From: Parasphingorhabdus sp. | Lineage (GTDB): Bacteria > Pseudomonadota > Alphaproteobacteria > Sphingomonadales > Sphingomonadaceae | Assembly (NCBI RefSeq): GCF_048267785.1 | Contig: NZ_JBLWWU010000006.1 | Coordinates: 11,942 to 75,941 of the forward strand | Length of the DNA: 64,000 bases | Direction: 5' to 3' | Shown: positions 50,119-59,370 of the stretch, piece after piece | Numbering within the stretch: the stretch's first letter is position 1 | Layout of the letters: every line of letters begins with the position of its first letter | Position numbers and translations under genes: made by a program | The notes under the pieces: generated by a model | Seen by the model: the letters and a program-made list of their open reading frames with translations, nothing else | What the model was told of the DNA's origin: nothing | The model's database searches: none

Positions 50119-53100
50119 TCATGCCAGCAGCGAAACATTCCCGCCGGCGGCGGTTGTATCGATGCAGACATGGCGTTCGATTACGCAACGGTCCGCAAAA
50201 TCCCGTTCGGAAATCAACGGGATCAGCGCTCCATCACGCGCGGCGAGGGCTTTGCGAATTGCCCGTTGGTCTTCGCTATCGCTCCAGCACACCACGGCAT
50301 CGAATCCCTGCAATTCGCCCAGCTGCTCACGAGGCAACCATCCGTCCAGTGCCTGTTCGCCCGAAGCAAGCGGCGCGACAACAAGGGGCTGACAACCCGA
50401 TTTGCGTGCCACCTCTGCCTGCTGCCGCGCTTCGGCCGCACTGGGGCCGAGACACAGGACAACGCCCCGGGGGAAAGTTGACAATATATTGGACTCGCCC
50501 GTGGGTCCCGGCATTTCGGTCGCCGAGAGCGCTGCGCTGCCGACCGCAGGCAATGCGTCCAGGGCCGATTGCACGTCACCATTTGTCAGATACGTGCCGC
50601 TCGCGATCGGCGACGAGGGATTGTCGCTGGCATAAAAACGCGGCAGATAATGGGGGCCGCCGGCCTTCGGGCCCGTCCCGGACAGTCCTTCTCCGCCAAA
50701 GGGTTGGGACCCGACTACCGCCCCGACCTGGTTGCGGTTCACATAGATATTGCCAACGTGCAGCGCGGCGGTGAGTTTGTCGATCCGGCGTTCGATCCGG
50801 GTTTGGAGACCAAAGGTCAGGCCATAGCCGCGCCCGTTAATATCATGCACAATCTGTGGCAAATCATCATTGCTGAACGTCGCGACGTGCAGGACGGGGC
50901 CGAAAATCTCTTCCTCGAGATCATTGATGCCCTTGACCTTGATCACCGCTGGTCCGACAAAATAGCCGCCGTCCGGTACCCCGAGCTGCTTGACCAACCG
51001 GCCGTCCAGCCGGGCTTTGTCGATATGCGCGCTAATTTTGTCATGCGCGGCTTGATCAATAACGGGACCAATATCGGTCGATAGCCACCACGGGCTGCCC
51101 AGTTCGAGCGCATCCATCGCACCGCCCAGCATTTTCAGGAACGGTTCGGCAATATCCTCATGTATATAGAGCATGCGCAATGCGGAGCAGCGCTGCCCCG
51201 CGGACTGGAATGCCGAAGTCACAATATCACGCACTGATTGTTCGGGGAGAGCGGTTGAATCGACGATCATACAGTTGAGGCCGCCTGTTTCGGCGATCAT
51301 CATCGCATCGGGCTGGCCCTTTTCCGCCATCGCCCGATTGATCGCCTGTGCTGTTGCCGTCGAGCCGGTAAAACAAACGCCGCTGATCCGGGGATCGCTG
51401 GTCAGCGCGGCGCCTACGGTTGCGCCTGCGCCCGGGAGCAACTGGAGTGCAGAGACAGGTACGCCTGCCTCGTGCAGCAAATTGGTCGCCAGTGCCGCAA
51501 TCAGCGGTGTCGGGTCGGCGGGTTTTGCGAGTACCGCGTTGCCCGCAGCCAGAGCCGCGGCGACCTGCCCGGTGAAGATGGCCAGCGGGAAGTTCCAGGG
51601 CGAAATGCAGGTGATGATGCCGCGTGGTCTTGCGTCGCCATATTGTTCAGATTGCACCGCGTAGTAGCGCAGGAAATCGACCGCTTCGCGCAATTCGGCA
51701 ATCGTATCAAACTGGGTCTTGCCCGCTTCGCGTGCCAATAGTGCGAAAATTTCACCATGATGGTTTTCAAACAGGTCGGATGCGCGGCGCAGGACGTCCG
51801 CGCGCTTTTTCGCTGGCGCGTCCCATATCTGCGCATCTTCGATTGCAGCCACGGCCTGAGCGGCATCTGCCTCGATAACTTCGCCCACCTGATTCTCAAT
51901 GATCGCCGGGTTGAAGATCTTGTGCGATTCACCGCTGATAATCTCGCGCACGGTCAGTGCCGATGATCGCCATAATTTCTCGGCAAACGGCGCACGCTGC
52001 GACGTATAGTCGTTCAAATCCTGACGATTGGCCAAATCCCATCCGCGTGAGTTTACGCGCTCCGGTGCGTAAAGCTTGATCGGGTTACGGATTTTTTCCC
52101 GGTTTGCTGCCTGATCGGCGGCCAAGGCATCAAAGGGATCGGTTGCGATATCCTCCGCCGCAACCGCATGATTGGCCAACTGGTTCACAAATGATGAGTT
52201 TGCGCCATTTTCGAGCAGACGGCGCACCAGATAGGCCAGCAATTCGCGATGTTTTCCGACCGGCGCATAGATTCTCGAACGCACTTGCTCCTTGCGGAGA
52301 AGCGCTTCGTGGAGCGTCTCGCCCATGCCGTGAAGGCGCTGGAATTCATAATCCTGCGCGTTGCCCGCCATCTCCAGTATCGCGGCAACGCTATGGGCGT
52401 TGTGAGTGGCAAATTGCGGATAGATGCGGTCGGTCATTTTCAACAATTGCGCCGCACAGCAGATATAGCTGATATCGGTCGCCGATTTGGTGGTGAATAC
52501 GGGAAAATCGGGCACTCCGTCCATCTGTGCGCGCTTGATCTCGCTGTCCCAATAGGCGCCCTTGACCAACCGCACCATGATCTTGCGATCGAGCTGGTTG
52601 GCCAGCGTATAGAGCCAGTCGATGACATTGCTGGCGCGTTTCCCGAACGCTTGCACGACCACTCCGAAACCGTCCCATCCTGCCAGCCGCGGGTCGCTCA
52701 GGACCATTTCGATCATATCGAGCGACAGGCCAAGGCGATAGGCTTCTTCGGCATCGATATTGAGTCCGATATTGGCATCGCGAGCCGCTCGCGCGAGTTC
52801 ACCGACGCGATCGGCCAGAGCCGGTATCGCCTTGGCCTGCTGGCTCATTTCATAGCGGGGATAGAGCGCCGACAATTTGATAGATAGCCCCGGATTGTCA
52901 CGCATGTCTCCGGGTTTGGCAACTTTCGCGATGGTATCGATTGCATCGGAATAGGCGGCAAAATAACGATCGGAATCCTCCTGTGTAATCGCTGCTTCGC
53001 CGAGCATGTCATAGGAGAATGTCGCGCCTTGGGCCTTCCATTTGTCGGCCCGTTTGAGCGCCAGTTCCATATTTTCACCCAGTACAAACTGGTTGCCCAA

Positions 53101-53598
53101 TTCTTTCATCGCCCGGCGGACAGCCGCTCGGATAACCGGTTCGCCAAGCCGCTTGATGGCACCGCGAATGGCTTCCAATGGCCCGCGCGTTTCCGGCTCG
53201 TGGATCACGCTGTGGGTCATATTGAGCGCATAGGTCGAAGCGTTGACCAGCGCGCTGTCCGATTTACGGATATGGTCGCGCCAGTTCGATGATCCAATCT
53301 TGTCTTCGATCAGATCGTCGATCGTTTCATTGTCCGGCACCCGCAAGAGAGCCTCGGCCAATGTCATCAAGGCAAGGCCCTCATCGGTCGACAGCCCGTA
53401 TTCGCTCAGAAAACTTTCGGTCAGTGTCGGGCCGGATTTACTGCGAACCTCCTTGACAACCTGAATGGCGCGTTCCCTGATACGGACCCGCATTTCATCG
53501 CTGGGAGCATATTCGGCAATAAGATAATTGAGCGTTTCCGTTTCATCAGCGCGGTGTTGGTCACGGATTCTGTCGCGGTGGTTGATCAGTGCGTTCAT
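50119..53598 (-). CDS. putA: Bifunctional proline dehydrogenase / P5C dehydrogenase
   Basis: SYDMLGEAA, IDAEE, RLVKGAYWD, RRLLENGANSSF, ISPWNFPLAIF, AGQRCSALR and IDTTAAGGN motifs. Confidence 0.97.
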   Translation of the reverse strand: MNALINHRDRIRDQHRADETETLNYLIAEYAPSDEMRVRIRERAIQVVKEVRSKSGPTLTESFLSEYGLSTDEGLALMTLAEALLRVPDNETIDDLIEDKIGSSNWRDHIRKSDSALVNASTYALNMTHSVIHEPETRGPLEAIRGAIKRLGEPVIRAAVRRAMKELGNQFVLGENMELALKRADKWKAQGATFSYDMLGEAAITQEDSDRYFAAYSDAIDTIAKVAKPGDMRDNPGLSIKLSALYPRYEMSQQAKAIPALADRVGELARAARDANIGLNIDAEEAYRLGLSLDMIEMVLSDPRLAGWDGFGVVVQAFGKRASNVIDWLYTLANQLDRKIMVRLVKGAYWDSEIKRAQMDGVPDFPVFTTKSATDISYICCAAQLLKMTDRIYPQFATHNAHSVAAILEMAGNAQDYEFQRLHGMGETLHEALLRKEQVRSRIYAPVGKHRELLAYLVRRLLENGANSSFVNQLANHAVAAEDIATDPFDALAADQAANREKIRNPIKLYAPERVNSRGWDLANRQDLNDYTSQRAPFAEKLWRSSALTVREIISGESHKIFNPAIIENQVGEVIEADAAQAVAAIEDAQIWDAPAKKRADVLRRASDLFENHHGEIFALLAREAGKTQFDTIAELREAVDFLRYYAVQSEQYGDARPRGIITCISPWNFPLAIFTGQVAAALAAGNAVLAKPADPTPLIAALATNLLHEAGVPVSALQLLPGAGATVGAALTSDPRISGVCFTGSTATAQAINRAMAEKGQPDAMMIAETGGLNCMIVDSTALPEQSVRDIVTSAFQSAGQRCSALRMLYIHEDIAEPFLKMLGGAMDALELGSPWWLSTDIGPVIDQAAHDKISAHIDKARLDGRLVKQLGVPDGGYFVGPAVIKVKGINDLEEEIFGPVLHVATFSNDDLPQIVHDINGRGYGLTFGLQTRIERRIDKLTAALHVGNIYVNRNQVGAVVGSQPFGGEGLSGTGPKAGGPHYLPRFYASDNPSSPIASGTYLTNGDVQSALDALPAVGSAALSATEMPGPTGESNILSTFPRGVVLCLGPSAAEARQQAEVARKSGCQPLVVAPLASGEQALDGWLPREQLGELQGFDAVVCWSDSEDQRAIRKALAARDGALIPLISERDFADRCVIERHVCIDTTAAGGNVSLLA

Positions 53599-53737
53599 GA
53601 GCGGGTTTTTCTACATTAGGGGTGTGAGGAAACGAACAAACGGGTGGCAAAGGCTATCGTTCCGGCTCTTTCGGTTATGCCGATTTATCGTCTTGGGTCA
53701 ATGACACGCAACGCCAGATTCTGGGGAACGCAAAGAC

Positions 53738-53753
53738 GCAATTTGCTTGCCGA
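53738..53753 (-). promoter_or_regulatory. Sigma54 promoter candidate for putA
   Basis: Minus strand TCGGCAAG-CAAA-TTGC (GG-N10-GC); GCA-N11-TGC site at 53811-53827. Confidence 0.55.
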
Positions 53754-54024
53754 ATTTGGCATCATTTTGAAGGATTAGGTTTTCATATATTATCGGGACG
53801 CAATGCTGTTGCAGGAAACGGATTTGCCTCACTGCAATCGTCGCCAACAGAATCTGCTTCGCGAGAAATCATATGTCCGGTGCTACCGATTCTGTATGCC
53901 GCGGCTCATCCATTCTAGATATATTTTCACATACCCGAAGCAATATCCATAATAGACAGGGTCATCGGAGACGGTCACGGATCATGTCCCGCTGGCCAAT
54001 CAGGCAGGGCCGTCGCTGTTTATC

Positions 54025-54040
54025 TTAACCGTTCATCAAC
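54025..54040 (+). promoter_or_regulatory. CtrA-like box (1 mismatch)
   Basis: TTAA-CCGTTCA-TCAAC, 46 bp before cheA. Confidence 0.55.
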
Positions 54041-54085
54041 CATCATCGTGCAATTGGTGGCAGTATATCTTCGAGGTGGGGGAAT

Positions 54086-56443
54086 ATGGACGATTTGCTG
54101 GCAGAATTCATAGCGGAAACGCGAGAAATGCTGGAAGCCATGCAAGGCGAACTGGTTACCTGGGAGGCTGATCCCACGGACCGCGCCCGACTGGATACTA
54201 TTTTCCGCTTCGTCCATACTGTCAAAGGGAGCAGCGGCTTTTTTGACCTGCCACGCATTGAAAAGCTCGGCCATGCCGCCGAAGGCGCGCTGGCGCAGGT
54301 TCGCGCCGGCCAGCGCACACCCGATGACCGTCTGATCAATGCCGTCCTGGCAGCCATCGACCGGATTGTCGCGATGGTTGATGCGATTGATGCTGGTGAA
54401 GAGTTCCCGGCTGATGGCGATGAAGAATTTATTCAGGCCCTTGAACCGGACGGAGAAAAAAGCATCGATGCAGATGTCCTGGTCGCGGCACAGCTAATCG
54501 ATGACAAAAAGAAAAACGCGGTCAGGCCAGCCCGGTCGATCCGTCTGCCGGTGTCGTTGCTCGATCGGGTGATGTCGGGGATATCTGACATTGTTCTCGT
54601 CCGCAATGAACTGGCCCGCGCTCTTCGCGACACGGATGTCGATCCGATTGTCAGCACTACGTTCGAACGACTCTCCACAATAGTCGATGATGCGCGCGAG
54701 GATATTTCCAGGATGCGCATGCAGCGGCTGGAAAATCTCTTCGCTACCCTGCCTCGTCTTGTTCGCGATCTTTCGGCGGAACTGGGCAAACAGGTGATGA
54801 TCGACGTTGAGGGGGGGCAGGTGGAGCTCGATCGCGAACTGATCGAGTTGCTGCGCGACCCGTTGATGCATATTTTGCGCAACGCGATCGATCATGGAAT
54901 CGAAACGCCCGCCGAGCGGCTTGCCGCAGGGAAAAACAAACATGGTATGATCCATGTGACGGCACGTCAGACTGGCAATAGCATCTTTATATCAATTACC
55001 GATGATGGCGCGGGTATAGATACGGAGAAACTGTCCGGTCGGGCTGTCGCTGCTGGCATAGCCACGGCTGAAGAATGCGCGAGCATGGCGGAAGATGATC
55101 GCATCGGGCTAATCTTTCAGCCGGGCATTTCAACGGCAGAAAATGTCACGTCAATTTCCGGCCGCGGCGTCGGGATGGATGTCGTGCGCGCCAATATTGA
55201 AAGTCTGGGCGGCAGTATTCGCGTCAGCAGCAAGCCGGGCGAAGGAACACGACTGGTCGTGCTGCTGCCCGCGACACTCAGTATCATTCCAGCCCTGACC
55301 GTAAAAGTCGGCGATCAGAACTTCGGTATTCCGCGCTCCTATGTGGAAGAGATTGTCAGTGTCAAATCGCAGTCTCTGGAATTTGATCAGGCGGGCGACA
55401 CTCTGCTGGTGACATTTCTCGGACAGCGTTTGCGATGCTGTTCTCTCGCGCGGATTCTGGATATTGAAACATGTGATGATCCACAGAATTCCGTGTTGTT
55501 GATGATCAGACTGGCCGGTGGCGACTTGTTCGGACTGGCAGTGGATGAGGTGATCGACCATCAGGAACTGGTGATCAAGCCTTTACCACCCGCGATTACC
55601 GCAACCAAGCTATATACAGGCAGCTCTTTGCTTGATGACGGAAGTTTGGTGTTGATGCTTTATATTGGTGCGATTGCCGACCGGGAGGGTCTGGTCAGCG
55701 ACGTCAGCAAGAGCAGTCGAAGGTCAGCACTGGCGGAGCGACAGAAAACCGTTGAAGCAGAAGCGGTCTCCGCATTGCTCATTCTGGGGCTGGACGGGAA
55801 ACGTTATATCGTCCGGATGGACCCGGTTAGCCGGATTGAAACGGTCGACAGCGACGCGATTCGTATTTCAGACGACAGTGCCCGTGTGGTCATTGACGGA
55901 GAAATCTATCCGCTCGCCGGGACGAGCCGTGGAGCCCTTGGCGAAGGTGAGACCAATCTGTTGATATTCAGTGATGGCACAAACCAGATCGCCTACGCCA
56001 TACAGAATGTCATTGATACAATTCACATTGCCAACGCGGTGATGCCGGAAGAGAAAAAAGGCGAAATTGAAGGTGTTACCTTATATGATGGCGAGGCGGT
56101 AGAAGTGCTGGATTGTCATTGGCTGTTCGCACAGCATGCGGGCCATAGCCACAAGACAATATCGAAAACCTGCCAAATTGATGACGATGATCCGTGGGTG
56201 CGGTCGATCCTGCGGCCGATGGTCGAGGCGGCGGGTTACACAATAGTGGGCGCAGATAGCAACGAGGCTGTCGATGTCGCGATAACCATGAGTGCGCAAC
56301 CGTCCGCAGCCCGGCACGCCGGTCAGGTGATTACTCTTACCAACGATCCAGAAGCAGCCGATCACAAGGGTGGCGTCATCTATCGCTATGATCGCGGCAC
56401 CCTGTTGGCTTCCTTGAACGAAACGCGGAGGAAAGCCTCATGA
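54086..56443 (+). CDS. cheA: Chemotaxis histidine kinase
   Basis: Hpt VHTVKG, HILRNAIDHG, ITDDGAG, SGRGVGMDVV and CheW-like domains. Confidence 0.95.
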   Translation: MDDLLAEFIAETREMLEAMQGELVTWEADPTDRARLDTIFRFVHTVKGSSGFFDLPRIEKLGHAAEGALAQVRAGQRTPDDRLINAVLAAIDRIVAMVDAIDAGEEFPADGDEEFIQALEPDGEKSIDADVLVAAQLIDDKKKNAVRPARSIRLPVSLLDRVMSGISDIVLVRNELARALRDTDVDPIVSTTFERLSTIVDDAREDISRMRMQRLENLFATLPRLVRDLSAELGKQVMIDVEGGQVELDRELIELLRDPLMHILRNAIDHGIETPAERLAAGKNKHGMIHVTARQTGNSIFISITDDGAGIDTEKLSGRAVAAGIATAEECASMAEDDRIGLIFQPGISTAENVTSISGRGVGMDVVRANIESLGGSIRVSSKPGEGTRLVVLLPATLSIIPALTVKVGDQNFGIPRSYVEEIVSVKSQSLEFDQAGDTLLVTFLGQRLRCCSLARILDIETCDDPQNSVLLMIRLAGGDLFGLAVDEVIDHQELVIKPLPPAITATKLYTGSSLLDDGSLVLMLYIGAIADREGLVSDVSKSSRRSALAERQKTVEAEAVSALLILGLDGKRYIVRMDPVSRIETVDSDAIRISDDSARVVIDGEIYPLAGTSRGALGEGETNLLIFSDGTNQIAYAIQNVIDTIHIANAVMPEEKKGEIEGVTLYDGEAVEVLDCHWLFAQHAGHSHKTISKTCQIDDDDPWVRSILRPMVEAAGYTIVGADSNEAVDVAITMSAQPSAARHAGQVITLTNDPEAADHKGGVIYRYDRGTLLASLNETRRKAS

Positions 56444-56862
56444 ACATGTCGGTTTTGCTGGTCCAGCTTGCAGGGCAACGTATCGCGATGCCTGCGCTTG
56501 AAGTCGACTCGGTTATCGAACTGGACAAGATCACACCCGTTCCGGGAGCGCCTTCCCATATTGTCGGAATCAGTTCGTTGCGCAGCCGGCCATTGACGGT
56601 AATCGACTGTGCAAAGGTGATTGAGGAAAATGATATCTATCGCAACGGCAAAAAGACCGCTGCGGTGCTCAATTTCGAGGGCCATGATTATGCACTGCTT
56701 GTCGATTCCGTTGAAGATGTCGTGGAAGCCTTCGTCGAGCCGCTGCCGGTTCCAGGCGGAGCGGGAGAAATATGGTCGAAAATTTCCGATGGCTTGATCG
56801 AAACGGATATCGGTCCGGCAATGCTGATCGACATTGATGCGGTCATCAATAATCTGCAATAA
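56440..56862 (+). CDS. cheW: CheW coupling protein
   Basis: ITPVPGAPSHIVGISSLR and LLVDSVEDV motifs. Confidence 0.92.
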   Translation: MNMSVLLVQLAGQRIAMPALEVDSVIELDKITPVPGAPSHIVGISSLRSRPLTVIDCAKVIEENDIYRNGKKTAAVLNFEGHDYALLVDSVEDVVEAFVEPLPVPGGAGEIWSKISDGLIETDIGPAMLIDIDAVINNLQ

Positions 56863-56884
56863 TTTACATTTAAAAAGGCATTAA
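56859..56884. promoter_or_regulatory. CtrA box (perfect, with an extra phased half-site)
   Basis: ATAA-N7-TTAA-AAAGGCA-TTAA upstream of cheY. Confidence 0.7.
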
Positions 56885-56936
56885 GGCTTTGGTCAGGCTT
56901 AGTGGATAACTTGTTACGATAATTGAGAGAAGCGAA

Positions 56937-57305
56937 ATGACTAAAACCTGTTTGATCGTAGATGATGCGAGTGTGATCCGGAAGGTCTCTCGCCATATTT
57001 TGGAGTCGCTCGGTTTCGAGGTTAGCGATGCTGAAAATGGCCTTGTCGGTCTCGAAAAATGTCAAGAGACGGTCTATGATCTGATCCTGCTGGACTGGAA
57101 CATGCCGGTTATGACGGGCATTGAATTCATCAAGGAACTGCGTTCCCGGCCAAAAGGCCATATTCCCAAGATTGTTTTTTGTACGACCGAAAGCGATGTC
57201 AGTCACATTCGTGAGGCGATGACTGCCGGTGCGGATGAATATGTCATGAAACCCTTTGATCACGAAACCTTGCAAATAAAGCTTCAAATCGTCGGGTTTG
57301 ACTAA
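56937..57305 (+). CDS. cheY: CheY response regulator
   Basis: VDD, LLDWNMP, CTTE and KPF motifs. Confidence 0.93.
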   Translation: MTKTCLIVDDASVIRKVSRHILESLGFEVSDAENGLVGLEKCQETVYDLILLDWNMPVMTGIEFIKELRSRPKGHIPKIVFCTTESDVSHIREAMTAGADEYVMKPFDHETLQIKLQIVGFD

Positions 57306-57315
57306 GGGCCAGGAC

Positions 57316-58422
57316 ATGACAGGGGCCGACATCAATCAAGCTGGTAAAGGGCAGGGCGATCACAAACAGGCAGGAATGATTCGTGTCATGATTGTGGATG
57401 ACTCGCTGATTGCTCGCACGGTACTGCACAAGATGATCGAACAAACCGGCGATCTTGTCCTTTCAGCAATGGCAAATTGCGCAGAGGAGGCGATTGAAAA
57501 ACTGTCGCAGGTCGAGGTTGATGTCATTCTGCTTGACCTGGAAATGCCGGGCATGGGTGGTCTGGCTGCATTGCCGGAAATTCTGGCGCGCGCTGGTGGC
57601 GCGCGGGTGATTGTCATTTCTTCGCTTACGACAACGGGGGCAGAAGCTACCGTGGCGGCTCTTTCCATGGGCGCTGCCGACACTATTCTCAAGCCGCGGC
57701 CGAGCGAATTTACGGCCGATTATCGCAGTGAACTTGCCGCACGTGTCCGCGCTATCGGCATCTCGTCGTCCGAGATTAACCGGCCCGGCGCCGTTCGCAG
57801 CGATGAGGTGCGCGCAAAAGTCAACAGGATGTCAAAGCCGGCAAGAGCAATTGCCATTGGCGCGTCTACCGGTGGCATCCATTCGATGAATCAGATGCTG
57901 ACTGATCTCCCCAAATATATCGACCAGCCGATATTCATCTCCCAACATCTGCCGAGCAGCTTTATTCCCGTCTTCGCACGCCAGATCGAAATCGCATCTT
58001 CCCGGACAGCACGAATTGCAAAAGACGGCATGCCGGTGACTGCGGGCGAGATTCTGATTGCACCCGGTGACGGGCACCTCATCGTTGAATTGAAGCAGGG
58101 GAAACCGGTCGTACGTATCGCGCGGTATCAGGTGCCCAACGGCTGTTGTCCGTCGGTCGATCCGATGCTGGAATCGCTGGCGAAATGTTTCGAAGGGGCC
58201 GTTCTCGGCATCATTCTGTCTGGCATGGGGCGCGATGGTGTGCTCGGCGCCCGGTGCGTTGTCGATGCGGGCGGAACGATCTTGGTGCAGAATAGAGAAA
58301 CTTCGTCTGTTTGGGGGATGCCGCGTGCCGTGGCCGAAGCCGGATTGGCGTCGGCGATGCTTTCTCCCGAAGAACTCGCAATCCGTATTCTTTCCAGTCG
58401 GGTGGCTGCCAAATGGGCATGA
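57316..58422 (+). CDS. cheB: Chemotaxis methylesterase
   Basis: REC domain plus GASTGG, QHLP and GMGRDG triad. Confidence 0.94.
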   Translation: MTGADINQAGKGQGDHKQAGMIRVMIVDDSLIARTVLHKMIEQTGDLVLSAMANCAEEAIEKLSQVEVDVILLDLEMPGMGGLAALPEILARAGGARVIVISSLTTTGAEATVAALSMGAADTILKPRPSEFTADYRSELAARVRAIGISSSEINRPGAVRSDEVRAKVNRMSKPARAIAIGASTGGIHSMNQMLTDLPKYIDQPIFISQHLPSSFIPVFARQIEIASSRTARIAKDGMPVTAGEILIAPGDGHLIVELKQGKPVVRIARYQVPNGCCPSVDPMLESLAKCFEGAVLGIILSGMGRDGVLGARCVVDAGGTILVQNRETSSVWGMPRAVAEAGLASAMLSPEELAIRILSSRVAAKWA

Positions 58423-59267
58423 ACGCCGGATCACAAAAAATCATTGCCGATCTGCTGGCTGCCCGAACGGGGCAGCAGCTTACGGAAGACCGTAGCTGGC
58501 GAATCGGTACTGCGCTCTCAGGTATTTTCCGGCAAATCGGCATATCCAATGTCGATCAGTTGGTGTGCCTGCTCGACCAGCCTGCTTATTCGAACTTGGC
58601 CCAACAAGTGGTGGAAGCCCTGCTTAATAACGAGACCTATTTTTTTCGTGATCGGGCGATGTTTGACCAACTGTCCCGCCACGTGCTGCCGCAGATTGCG
58701 AAGCAGCGCAAAGACGAGAGAACGTTATCTATATTATGTGCGGGATGTTCGACAGGACAAGAAGCGCTGTCACTGGGCATGATGTTGCTGGAACAAAAGA
58801 CGCGCTGGGCCGGTTGGAAACTGGACATCACCGGAATAGATATATCCCACGAAGCCATAGCGACCGCCCGCGCCAGCACCTATTCGCAATTCGAGATACA
58901 ACGAGGTCTGCCCGTCTCGCAAATGCTGGCCCATTTCAATGAAACGCCGATGGGTTGGGAAGCCAATGAAGATTTGCGGGCGCTGATGCGGTTCCGGGTC
59001 CATAATCTGCTTGATCCGATGTCTACAATCAGACCGTTCGATCTCATCTTGTGCCGGAACGTGCTCCTGTATTTTGATTCAGAGACCCGTCAGCGCGCCT
59101 TTGCACGGCTGATGGAGGTTTTGCATCCTGATGGCTGGATCATGCTTGGTGCCGGCGAAACGATTATCGGTCACACCGATGAACTGGCGTTGGTCAAGGG
59201 AGGGATCGGACTCTATCGCCCGGTCAAGTCCGATTTGGCAGACCAATATGAAGTTTGCGTTCGTTAG
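58419..59267 (+). CDS. cheR: Chemotaxis methyltransferase
   Basis: NETYFFRD, AGCSTGQE and ILCRNVLLYF motifs; ATGA overlap with cheB. Confidence 0.94.
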   Translation: MNAGSQKIIADLLAARTGQQLTEDRSWRIGTALSGIFRQIGISNVDQLVCLLDQPAYSNLAQQVVEALLNNETYFFRDRAMFDQLSRHVLPQIAKQRKDERTLSILCAGCSTGQEALSLGMMLLEQKTRWAGWKLDITGIDISHEAIATARASTYSQFEIQRGLPVSQMLAHFNETPMGWEANEDLRALMRFRVHNLLDPMSTIRPFDLILCRNVLLYFDSETRQRAFARLMEVLHPDGWIMLGAGETIIGHTDELALVKGGIGLYRPVKSDLADQYEVCVR

Positions 59268-59295
59268 CAGTGGACCGGAAATATTGTAAATGAAT

Positions 59296-59321
59296 GTAAA
59301 ATAACATTAATCAATCCTTAG
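59296..59321. promoter_or_regulatory. Tandem CtrA-like boxes
   Basis: GTAA-N7-TTAA-N7-TTAG upstream of the GGDEF-EAL gene. Confidence 0.55.
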
Positions 59322-59370
59322 CTATAACGATGTAAAGCACTGTCAACTATCCCTTAAAGAGGATATTGGA

